Shown here: positions 17,043 to 25,592 of the stretch, one piece after another
Numbering within the stretch: position 1 is the stretch's first letter
Layout of the letters: every line of letters begins with the position of its first letter
Origin: a virus
Lineage: Duplodnaviria > Caudoviricetes
Reading direction: 5' to 3' (one strand)
Virus record (IMG/VR): IMGVR_UViG_3300023108_000002
Length of the DNA: 64,000 nt
Notes under the pieces: generated by a model
What the model saw: the letters and a program-made list of their open reading frames with translations, nothing else
What the model was told of the DNA's origin: nothing
Database searches by the model: none
Program-made: the position numbers and the translations under genes

Positions 17043-19001
17043 ATGACTAATAGGAAAAATATTCCCGAAGAAATTTTAGACGATGATGTAGCAGATTTCA
17101 TCGGCGCAGCTTCTGCTGCGAAGGCGGCAGGAAAAAAGAAATTTAAATTTGGTGATAAAGAATATCCTGTCACAATTTCTGATAAAATTGCAAAGACTGT
17201 TAATAAAGAAGCCGTTGTTGGTATTATGCAAAACAAGGACGATGAAAAGGTTTCCAAGGGTTCACAAAAAATGGGAAGTGCAAAAAATGAATCTTTAGAT
17301 GGAAGAACTAAAGCATTTAAAGAAAAATTGCAAAAGCTTTCCTATTCAGAGAAGAAAAAAGATGACCTAGAAAACGAGAAGAATTTTGATGGCCGCGGCA
17401 AAGAGTTCAAAGAAAAACTAGTCAAACTTGGATATAAAAAGCCTACTATGGAAGAAAGACTTCTAGAAAAAATGGGCAAATCTTCAACTGGTTATGATTT
17501 GTATCACAAAGATTTTTCATCTGCAATGAAACATGCATACGAATTTGCAAAGAAAAAATATGGTATTGATATTGATCCAAAAGAAATTGATGATAAAGTT
17601 GCCACTGGGCCTCGCAAACCAACATCTGGTAAAACCAATTCTTATCGTTTACTTGATAAAGATGGTAAAAAAGCAGTTCAAATTCAAGTATACAATATGG
17701 ACAATAAGAAATATGAATTGAATATGTATAAAGAGGAAAAGGAATTTGAACCTCATATGATGTACGACCCAAAAACTGGTAAAGGTTATAAAGCCGAAAA
17801 ACCAGAAGATCATGAACGTATGTCTAAGATGGGATATACTCATGAAAAACCAAAAATGGAAGAATTTCATTTACATGAAGCATCAATTCAAATGGTAGCA
17901 AGAGATCTCGAATCATATGCTAAAAAAGATAAAAAGGGTATGGATTATGATGATTTCATGAAAGCAGCAAAAATGATGAAAGATAATCAATTGAAAGCTT
18001 TGATTTCATTTGTGAATGATTTGGACACAGAACCAAGAGAAAAAATCCTCATGATTGTTAAGAATGTTCTTGGTAAGAAAACTGCTGAGAAAATGTTTGG
18101 GGTAAGATTTTTTGATAGTAAAATTAATGAGATTAAAGAAATGAAACAGCCCTTCGTAGTTGTTGATACTGCTGATGGTAACAAAGTCGTAGGTATGGCT
18201 TCTGATGAAAAGGGAGCAAAATCAATTATTTCCACTTCTCAACTTCCACCAATGAAAATTAAAGACAAGAAAACTTTGAAGATTGTAAAGACAAGCAAAA
18301 AACAAGATATTGGATTTCCTGTGAAAGAAGATCAAGAGGTCGATGAAGTCTCTCAAGATACTTTACGTAATTATCATGGTAAAGCAGGTGCTCAACTTAA
18401 TAAATTAAGAGATAAAAATGCTAAAGGAAAGTTAACTTTTGCTGATCTTAAAAAGGGCCAAAACAGAGCAAAAGGTCTTAATAGAGCTGCTAATAAGATG
18501 GAAGAGATTGAACTAAAAGAATTTGAAACAGAGATTGATTTACAAGAAAAACTTTCTCCAGCCCAAATCAAAAAATTAAAAAGTGAATTTGAAGACCTGA
18601 GAGGAAAGAAAATCTCTGCACAGTCAGGAATGAAACTTTCCAAAGCTTTGGACAAATTGGACAAGGAACAAACGATTGCTCTTGTTAATTTAGATTTGCC
18701 ATTCGTTTCTACTCTTGCTGTTAGCAAACTAATGATGAATTTTAACATGTCTCCAAGCGAAGTCAATAAAATAATTGATGGAAAAGATGAATCATTTGAT
18801 CCAAAACTCAAAGAAGAACTAAAAATTAAAGAATTGATTGAAAGTTCTGATAAAAAAGATGCAGAGGAAATGAAAGAAATTGTTCTTGCAATGAACCCTA
18901 AATATAATAAAAAACAGGTTCAAAAAGAAGTTGAAAAAATGGCGATGGAGAAATATGGAAATTCCTCTCGCGCTAAAAAGATTGCTAGCTACGTTAAATA
19001 A
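17043..19001 (+). CDS. large Lys/Glu-rich multidomain protein (candidate internal head polyprotein)
   Basis: 652 aa made of short blocks separated by (L/I/V)xE-rich linkers; internal duplication DGRTKAFKEKLQKL / DGRGKEFKEKLVKL. Confidence 0.7.
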   Translation: MTNRKNIPEEILDDDVADFIGAASAAKAAGKKKFKFGDKEYPVTISDKIAKTVNKEAVVGIMQNKDDEKVSKGSQKMGSAKNESLDGRTKAFKEKLQKLSYSEKKKDDLENEKNFDGRGKEFKEKLVKLGYKKPTMEERLLEKMGKSSTGYDLYHKDFSSAMKHAYEFAKKKYGIDIDPKEIDDKVATGPRKPTSGKTNSYRLLDKDGKKAVQIQVYNMDNKKYELNMYKEEKEFEPHMMYDPKTGKGYKAEKPEDHERMSKMGYTHEKPKMEEFHLHEASIQMVARDLESYAKKDKKGMDYDDFMKAAKMMKDNQLKALISFVNDLDTEPREKILMIVKNVLGKKTAEKMFGVRFFDSKINEIKEMKQPFVVVDTADGNKVVGMASDEKGAKSIISTSQLPPMKIKDKKTLKIVKTSKKQDIGFPVKEDQEVDEVSQDTLRNYHGKAGAQLNKLRDKNAKGKLTFADLKKGQNRAKGLNRAANKMEEIELKEFETEIDLQEKLSPAQIKKLKSEFEDLRGKKISAQSGMKLSKALDKLDKEQTIALVNLDLPFVSTLAVSKLMMNFNMSPSEVNKIIDGKDESFDPKLKEELKIKELIESSDKKDAEEMKEIVLAMNPKYNKKQVQKEVEKMAMEKYGNSSRAKKIASYVK

Positions 19002-19011
19002 GGAGAAAAAA

Positions 19012-19329
19012 ATGGATTTACCAAGTTGGGCAAGGCCAAAAAACTGGATGAAGAATGCAGTTGCAACTAATCGCGGTTGGGTCAACGAAAAAACTGGAGA
19101 GATGTATAAAAAGCACTCAAATTTGAAAGACAAAATTGATGCACTTGCGCCTGCAAAACCAGCACCAAAACCAAAACCAAAACCAACATCAGCACCGAAA
19201 GATGAAGGTGTAGATCTTTCAAGTATGACAAAGGACGAATTGGAAGAGTTGGGTAGAGAACATGGAATTGAGTTGGACAAGAGAAAAACTAAAAAGGATT
19301 TAGTTGCTGAAATCAAAGACGTAATATAA
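19012..19329 (+). CDS. hypothetical protein with Pro/Lys linker and C-terminal Rho-N/HeH-like motif
   Basis: AGGAG SD before ATG 19012; MTKDELEELGREHGIELDKRKTKKDLV. Confidence 0.65.
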   Translation: MDLPSWARPKNWMKNAVATNRGWVNEKTGEMYKKHSNLKDKIDALAPAKPAPKPKPKPTSAPKDEGVDLSSMTKDELEELGREHGIELDKRKTKKDLVAEIKDVI

Positions 19330-19349
19330 TATTATAAAGAACAATAATA

Positions 19350-19745
19350 ATGGATCACTTTGAAATTTTGAATGAAAACAATGTTTTCAATTATCAGATG
19401 AAATCTTATGATAATCCTCAGTGTCATAGCATGGAAGAGTTTCTTGACGATATGAAACGTATCAAATATGTCAAGAGACTCTTTCACAAATATCACACTA
19501 AAGGTTTATTAAAAGAGAGATTGATAATAAATCATCTGGTAATTTTGTTTAATGTTTTGGGAAATGTTCCGTGTAGTAGAATTTTATTTTTGAAAATTGA
19601 CAAAAATCAACACTACATCTTAGCAAGTTTTTTGCACTTTTTACACAAACTTCCAAAAGAAGTAAAAGGAATTGAGGGTAGAACTATAAATTTAGAAGAA
19701 ATTGTTCTTGATAAATATATATTAGAAACATTAGGAAAAATTTAA
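19350..19745 (+). CDS. conserved T4-like hypothetical protein
   Basis: YDNPQC...EEF.DD.KRIKYVKRLF...LKERLIINHLVILFNV family motif. Confidence 0.8.
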   Translation: MDHFEILNENNVFNYQMKSYDNPQCHSMEEFLDDMKRIKYVKRLFHKYHTKGLLKERLIINHLVILFNVLGNVPCSRILFLKIDKNQHYILASFLHFLHKLPKEVKGIEGRTINLEEIVLDKYILETLGKI

Positions 19746-19746
19746 G

Positions 19747-20409
19747 ATGGCCTCAGTATTTAATGCATATCTAGCATATCAATTTATAAAAATTCTCACT
19801 ACGCCGTGGGAAGAAACTGAAGCATATAAAAACGGCGTGGTTGATGCATCTGGAAAACAACTTAAAAAATCTGGTGATTTAAAAACGGATGCAGAAAAAA
19901 AATCTTTCACCATTTTTCATAAAATCATTTTCAATTTAAAAAGAATTCTTTCAAAGTTTCCAGGCGGAAAATCTAGAATTGCATCTTACGCAGCTGCTAT
20001 GGCACTTCTTAGAGAAAATAATGAAAATCTAAAAGAAGAAGATTTAAATCTTCTTGAAAATCTTCTTATAGATTATATCAATAAACAAGAGGAAGAATTA
20101 TATGAAAGTGGTATTCTTATCGAAGAGATGGGGTCGGGAGGAATAGCTAATTCGGTTGGTGATGGTTCGAAGTTAGGAAACTTTATAAACAATCCATATA
20201 AATTTTCTGGTATGCAAATTTTCAAAGTCGATCCAGATAGTTTTGATAAATTTATGAAAGGTAAGAAAAAGTATTCTCGTTGGGATAATTTTATTCGCAG
20301 AGAAGATGCTTTACATATAAGAAAATATATAAAGAACAACCCAACTAAAAGAGTTGTGTTGCAGGATTCACAAAACGGTTCTATGATTATCTTACACAGA
20401 GATTTGTAA
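19747..20409 (+). CDS. conserved T4-like hypothetical protein with C-terminal extension
   Basis: YQFIKILTTPWEETEAYKNG.VD..GK...FHK...NLKR...GGKS..ASYAAA..LLRE. Confidence 0.8.
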   Translation: MASVFNAYLAYQFIKILTTPWEETEAYKNGVVDASGKQLKKSGDLKTDAEKKSFTIFHKIIFNLKRILSKFPGGKSRIASYAAAMALLRENNENLKEEDLNLLENLLIDYINKQEEELYESGILIEEMGSGGIANSVGDGSKLGNFINNPYKFSGMQIFKVDPDSFDKFMKGKKKYSRWDNFIRREDALHIRKYIKNNPTKRVVLQDSQNGSMIILHRDL

Positions 20410-20801
20410 TGTTTGGTATTTTCAGTACAGCAAAAATAGCGGTAGTAGTTGTCGCTCTCACAGTAGCCGGCGGGGGCTATTGGTATGTACAAAAACTACA
20501 AACTCAGGTAAAAACTCTAGAGGCAAACCAAGTTATCTTGAGTGGTGCTATGGAGTCAAAAGATTCAGAAATTGCAAGATTGAATGCAGATATTAAAGAA
20601 GTAAAAGAAATCAATAATCGAATTTCTACAGAAAGTAAAGTCTTGAACGGACAAGTCGATGAACTTAGGAGAAAACTTTCAGAACACGATTTGGGGTTCT
20701 TGGCAGAAAACAAACCTGGCCTTGTAGAAAAAATAATAAATAATGATATACAAAATACTTTGAAAAGTGATTTAGAAGATATTATGGAAACAGAAAAATG
20801 A
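20409..20801 (+). CDS. putative inner-membrane spanin (Rz-like)
   Basis: N-terminal TM helix followed by a coiled coil; overlaps the downstream lipoprotein gene. Confidence 0.65.
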   Translation: MFGIFSTAKIAVVVVALTVAGGGYWYVQKLQTQVKTLEANQVILSGAMESKDSEIARLNADIKEVKEINNRISTESKVLNGQVDELRRKLSEHDLGFLAENKPGLVEKIINNDIQNTLKSDLEDIMETEK

Positions 20802-21148
20802 ATAAATATATACAATTGACTCTTATATTATTTATTGGCTTGAGTATCACAGGATGTAGTAGTACACAGGAAAAGATTGTTACTGAAGAAGTTCTAGTAA
20901 ACAAAGTTCCTCTTGATCTTGAAATGCCAAAACCAGTGACATGGCAAAATTTTGAATTTGTTGTGGTTACTCCTGATAACTATCAGGAAACTGTTGATAA
21001 ATTGAAATCCGGCGGTAAGAGTATTGCGCTGTTTGCATTAGATGAAGATTCTTATAAGAATTTATCTATTGTAGTAAATGATATGAAAAGATATATGGGT
21101 GAACAGAAAATTATAATTTTAGAATATAAAAAATATTATGAACAATAA
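20798..21148 (+). CDS. putative outer-membrane spanin lipoprotein (Rz1-like)
   Basis: Signal peptide with lipobox ITGC; Pro-containing; directly after the i-spanin candidate. Confidence 0.7.
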   Translation: MNKYIQLTLILFIGLSITGCSSTQEKIVTEEVLVNKVPLDLEMPKPVTWQNFEFVVVTPDNYQETVDKLKSGGKSIALFALDEDSYKNLSIVVNDMKRYMGEQKIIILEYKKYYEQ

Positions 21149-21171
21149 TAAAAATAATAAGGCGCAAACTA

Positions 21172-21453
21172 ATGACCGATTATGATTCTAGATTAGAAAG
21201 AATAGAAAGCAAGATTGATCAACTTGCAGATGCAATGATATCTATGGCTCGGGCCGAAGAAAAAATGACTGCTTTACGAACCGACCATGAAAAAATGTAT
21301 GAAAGAATAAACAAACTTTCTATAAAAATGGATGAATTAGATCGGATGGCGCGAGAAAACGCAAGAACAACTGCTATATTTTTGAAGGCATTTTGGATAG
21401 TTTTTGCTGCAGCTGTATCATCTGTCGCAGCACATTTTTATCTCTGGCAATAG
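21172..21453 (+). CDS. coiled-coil protein with C-terminal TM helix (XhlA-like/holin-like)
   Basis: RLERIESKIDQL... followed by a hydrophobic C-terminal segment. Confidence 0.5.
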   Translation: MTDYDSRLERIESKIDQLADAMISMARAEEKMTALRTDHEKMYERINKLSIKMDELDRMARENARTTAIFLKAFWIVFAAAVSSVAAHFYLWQ

Positions 21454-21461
21454 AATAATTA

Positions 21462-21490
21462 TTGACAACCCCTAAAAAATAGTATAATAT
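21462..21490 (+). promoter_or_regulatory. sigma70-type promoter for primase
   Basis: TTGACA at 21462; TATAAT at 21483 or TAATAT at 21485 (17-nt spacer). Confidence 0.65.
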
Positions 21491-21513
21491 GAACTTTACT
21501 TACATGTGGAGTT

Positions 21514-22539
21514 GTGATGATATATATTGATCGAGCATACATTCAGAGATTATCCCCACAATTAGAAGGTTTCGTACAGAAGAAAAATAATCTGTACAAC
21601 TTCCGTTGTCCTATCTGTGGCGATTCTCAGAAAAAAACCTACAAGATGCGTGGGTTTATTTACGAAAAAAAGAATAGTTTTAGATATATGTGTCATAATT
21701 GTGGCGCAAGTATGTCTTTTGCTAATTTCATAAAAGAACAAAATCATTCTTTATATGAAGAATATGTAATGGAAAAGTGGAAAGAAGGACAAAACAAATC
21801 TGGCCCTACTCAAAATCTTCAAAACACAGAAAAAGATGTTAAGTATGATTTTGACTTCAAGCCTAAATTTTCTACGAAATGTGTTTTTGAATATGGAGAG
21901 AAAATATCCGATTTGCATCCAACACACCCATCTAGAATGTATTGTGAGAAAAGAAAACTTCCAAAACTAGATGTATTGTATCATACACCAGATTTCAAAT
22001 TTGTAGTAGATAAGGTGGCAAAAGGATATAATATTCCTAAAAATGAAAAAAGAATAGTCATTCCATTCTTTAATGAGAAATGTGAACTGATTGCCTTACA
22101 AGGAAGGAGTATGGACCCTAAAAATCCTATGCGATATATCACCATTAAGGTAAAAGATGTCCCAAAAGTATATGGATTGGATAGAATTGATCCAGCAAAA
22201 ACTACATATGTAACAGAAGGCCCTTTTGATTCTCTTTTTCTTGATAACTGTCTTGCTATGGCAGGTAGTGATGTAGATAAAAAATATTTCAAATCATTTT
22301 CGGATATTGTTTTTATATACGATAATGAACCAAGAAACAGAGAGATAGTGAAGAAAATGGAACGGACTATTGACTCAGGATTTTCTATTTTTATATGGCC
22401 AAAAAATATTAAAGAAAAAGATATTAATGATGTAATATTGTCTGGAATGGACACTTTAGAATTACAATCACTTATAAGTATAAACACCTACAAAGACCTA
22501 CAAGCAAAACTCACTTTTTCTGCTTGGAAAAAATGTTAA
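21514..22539 (+). CDS. gp61: DNA primase
   Basis: Zn finger FRCPICGDS...CHNCG; Toprim VTEGPFDSLFL, YDNEPRN, KDINDVIL. Confidence 0.96.
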   Translation: MMIYIDRAYIQRLSPQLEGFVQKKNNLYNFRCPICGDSQKKTYKMRGFIYEKKNSFRYMCHNCGASMSFANFIKEQNHSLYEEYVMEKWKEGQNKSGPTQNLQNTEKDVKYDFDFKPKFSTKCVFEYGEKISDLHPTHPSRMYCEKRKLPKLDVLYHTPDFKFVVDKVAKGYNIPKNEKRIVIPFFNEKCELIALQGRSMDPKNPMRYITIKVKDVPKVYGLDRIDPAKTTYVTEGPFDSLFLDNCLAMAGSDVDKKYFKSFSDIVFIYDNEPRNREIVKKMERTIDSGFSIFIWPKNIKEKDINDVILSGMDTLELQSLISINTYKDLQAKLTFSAWKKC

Positions 22540-22574
22540 TTACCACCAAAAAATATCAAAAAAGAGGATAAGCT

Positions 22575-24800
22575 ATGTTGAAATTAGTCAATACACAAAA
22601 AGATTTGGATGCAAGAAAAATTATGTCTCAGGCAAAATTTTATGAGTCATATTCTAGATGGATGGAAGATGAAGGAAGATATGAATCTTGGGATGAATCT
22701 GTAAAACGTGTAATGGATATGCACAGAGCATATTACAGTGACAAAATTTCTCCAGAACTTAATCTATTAATTGATGAAGCAGAATCTCTTTATAAATTAC
22801 AATACACATTAGGCGCACAAAGAGCGCTTCAGTTTGGTGGTGAACAACTTCTGAAACATCAAATGCGTATGTATAACTGCACTTCTTCTTATGCAGATCG
22901 TGCTGCGTATTTCCAAGAGTTGTTTTACATTCTTCTTTGTGGTGCTGGAGCAGGATTTTCTGTACAGAAACATCATGTCGCAAAACTACCTGCTATAGCA
23001 GAGAGAAAGAAACAAGCGAAAGGTTGGAAAGTAGAAGATTCTATAGAAGGCTGGGCAGATGCTCTAGGGGTGCTAATGTCCTCTTATTTTGTAGGTGGTG
23101 GAACTTTTCCAGATTTCGAAGGGCGTAGAGTATATTTTGACTTGTCAGAGATTAGACCTCAAGGTGCAGAGATTTCTGGTGGATTTAAGGCGCCAGGCCC
23201 AGAACCACTCAGGAAAGCATTAGATAAGATTGAACATCTTGTGCAATCTTTAATTCTCAGCGGCGAAACTACTCTCAGGCCAATTCATGTATATGATATT
23301 TCAATGCACGCTGCCGACGCGGTTCTGGCCGGTGGAGTTAGACGTTCTGCGACCATTGCATTGTTTTCGCATGATGATGAAGAGATGACCAAGGCTAAAA
23401 CTGGAAATTGGTTTGTCGAAAATCCACAAAGAGGACGTAGCAACAATTCAGCAGTTTTAGTGAGAAGTGAAGTTACGAAAGAACAGTTTAAAGAATTGAT
23501 GCAACCAATTAAAGAATTTGGTGAGCCTGGTTTTTATTTTGTAGACAATAAAGAACATACCACAAACCCATGTGTAGAAATTGGAATGTATCCTCAAATT
23601 GATGGAATATCTGGATGGCAGGGTTGTAATTTGACAGAAATCAATGGTGGCAAGTGTGTTTCCAAAGAAGAATTTTTTAAGGCGTGTCGTGCCGCCTCTA
23701 TTCTTGGAACACTTCAAGCCGGTTACACAGATTTCAAATATATATCAGAAGATTCTAAAAGAATTTTTGAGAGAGAAGCCTTGTTGGGAGTTTCTATCAC
23801 AGGATGGATGAACAATCCAGAGATTCTTTTAGATGCAGATATTCAACGAGAAGGAGCAGAAATTGTTAAAAGAGTTAATAAAGAAGTTGCTGCGCTTATT
23901 GGAATTAACCAAGCCGCGCGTACTACTTGTGTAAAACCATCTGGTAATGCATCTGTTCTTCTGCAAACTGCCTCTGGTATTCATGCAGAACATTCACCAA
24001 AGTATATTCGTCATGTACAGATGAATAAAGACGCTGAAGTTGCACAACTGATTGCACAGACAAATCCATACATGGTCGAAGAGTCTGTCTGGTCAAGTAG
24101 TAGAACTGATTACTGTATCGGTTTCCCTGTCATCTCTCCAAAAGGTTCTCTTTACAAAGAAGATCTATTTGGAACCGATTTGTTGAAAAAAGTTCAACTC
24201 GTTCAACAGAATTGGGTCGAAGCGGGAACTAATGTAGATTTGTGTGCAGACCCAACAGTTCGTCATAATGTTTCTAATACAGTAACTGTTGCATCGCATA
24301 TGTGGAATGAGGTAGAAGATTTTCTTTATGAAAATAAAGACTACTTTGCTGGAGTTTCTTTCTTATCTGGCATGGGAGATAAGGATTTTCATCAAGCTCC
24401 AATGACAGAAGTATTAGATGAAACAGAAATTGTGAATAAGTACGGAAGAGGTGCAATGTTTGCTGCTGGATTGATTGTTGATACTAGAAAAGGGTTTAAC
24501 AATCTATGGGAAGCATGTTCAATTGCACAAATGCCAATTGAACACCAAGGAGAGATTTCTGATCTTCGAGCTGAATGGATTCGTAGGTTTAAGAAATTTG
24601 CCGATAATTACTTTTATGGTGATATGAAAGATGCAGAATATTGTTTGAAGGATGTTTTCTTGTTGCATAAATGGACAAAAATTCAACAGAATTTGACACA
24701 TATAGATTTTAATACGCAACTCGAAACTAAAAAATTCACAGACATTGATACTATGGGCGCGATTGCGTGTCAAGGTGGTGCCTGTGAAATAACCTTTTGA
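22575..24800 (+). CDS. nrdJ: class II (adenosylcobalamin-dependent) ribonucleotide reductase, RTPR-like
   Basis: TNPCVEI, GCNLTEIN, TTCVKPSGNAS, C-terminal ACQGGACE; no nrdB nearby. Confidence 0.88.
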   Translation: MLKLVNTQKDLDARKIMSQAKFYESYSRWMEDEGRYESWDESVKRVMDMHRAYYSDKISPELNLLIDEAESLYKLQYTLGAQRALQFGGEQLLKHQMRMYNCTSSYADRAAYFQELFYILLCGAGAGFSVQKHHVAKLPAIAERKKQAKGWKVEDSIEGWADALGVLMSSYFVGGGTFPDFEGRRVYFDLSEIRPQGAEISGGFKAPGPEPLRKALDKIEHLVQSLILSGETTLRPIHVYDISMHAADAVLAGGVRRSATIALFSHDDEEMTKAKTGNWFVENPQRGRSNNSAVLVRSEVTKEQFKELMQPIKEFGEPGFYFVDNKEHTTNPCVEIGMYPQIDGISGWQGCNLTEINGGKCVSKEEFFKACRAASILGTLQAGYTDFKYISEDSKRIFEREALLGVSITGWMNNPEILLDADIQREGAEIVKRVNKEVAALIGINQAARTTCVKPSGNASVLLQTASGIHAEHSPKYIRHVQMNKDAEVAQLIAQTNPYMVEESVWSSSRTDYCIGFPVISPKGSLYKEDLFGTDLLKKVQLVQQNWVEAGTNVDLCADPTVRHNVSNTVTVASHMWNEVEDFLYENKDYFAGVSFLSGMGDKDFHQAPMTEVLDETEIVNKYGRGAMFAAGLIVDTRKGFNNLWEACSIAQMPIEHQGEISDLRAEWIRRFKKFADNYFYGDMKDAEYCLKDVFLLHKWTKIQQNLTHIDFNTQLETKKFTDIDTMGAIACQGGACEITF

Positions 24801-24848
24801 AAAAATACATAATTCTAAATAATAAAATATTTCAAAAGGGAGTAGTAA

Positions 24849-25013
24849 ATGGAGCATATTGGATGTACAGAATGTGCAGCGGAATTTTCCGTAGAAACTC
24901 ATAATGAAGAAGTTGTAAGGTTTTGTCCCATCTGTGGAGAGGCTCTTGAAGATTGTATAAATATAATCAAAGAGTTCGACATGGAAGAGGATGAAGAGTG
25001 GTTAGAAGAATAG
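24849..25013 (+). CDS. 54-aa zinc-ribbon protein (below the ORF-track cutoff)
   Basis: Manual translation MEHIGCTECAAEFSVETHNEEVVRFCPICGEALEDCINIIKEFDMEEDEEWLEE; GGGAG SD. Confidence 0.75.
   Translation: MEHIGCTECAAEFSVETHNEEVVRFCPICGEALEDCINIIKEFDMEEDEEWLEE
24956..24963 (+). promoter_or_regulatory. T4-type late promoter upstream of the resolvase
   Basis: Exact TATAAATA, about 35 nt upstream of GTG 24998. Confidence 0.6.
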
Positions 25014-25558
25014 GTGGTATTGATTACAGCTTAACTTGCCCATCAGTGTGCATATATACAGGAGAGAAAGAAGATTTTAGTTTTGAAAAATGCTTAATCT
25101 TCTTTCTTTCAAATACAAAAAAATACGAAGATTTTCAATATAAAAATATTGAAGGTTCGCAACAAATTCAAAATTGGCAGACAGCAGAGGAAAGATATGA
25201 TTTTATCTCAGACTGGGCCTTAGACATTTTCATACATCATAATATCGAAGAAATAGTCTTAGAGGACTATAGTTACGGATCGAAAGGAAAAGTGTTTCAT
25301 ATTGCCGAAAACACTGGAATTTTGAAGTGGAAACTGTGGAATTCAGAACTAGAATATCATGTAGTGCCTCCGACAGTGATAAAGAAGTTTGCCACTGGTA
25401 AAGGTAATGCTAATAAAGAAATGATGTACGAATCATTTTTAGAAGAAACTAATGTAAATTTGAACGAAAGTTTAGAAATAAAATCAGAAAAAATAGGAAA
25501 CCCTGTTTCAGATATTGTAGATTCTTATTATATTTGTAAATTAGCCCTTGACTTATAA
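24998..25558 (+). CDS. RuvC-like Holliday junction resolvase
   Basis: GGIDYSLTCP (D), IVLEDYSYG (E), IAENTGILK, PTVIKKFATGKGNANKE, SDIVDSY (D..D). Confidence 0.8.
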   Translation: MVRRIGGIDYSLTCPSVCIYTGEKEDFSFEKCLIFFLSNTKKYEDFQYKNIEGSQQIQNWQTAEERYDFISDWALDIFIHHNIEEIVLEDYSYGSKGKVFHIAENTGILKWKLWNSELEYHVVPPTVIKKFATGKGNANKEMMYESFLEETNVNLNESLEIKSEKIGNPVSDIVDSYYICKLALDL

Positions 25559-25577
25559 ACACATAGTTGTTATATTA
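25548..25577 (+). promoter_or_regulatory. sigma70-type early promoter
   Basis: TTGACT-17 nt-TATATTA. Confidence 0.7.
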
Positions 25578-25592
25578 TATGTGTATTAACAA

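Noticed and set aside
3224-24800. Introns or inteins in gp43, gp41, gp61 or nrdJ
   Set aside because: All are continuous ORFs of ordinary length with no evident insertion or splice motifs
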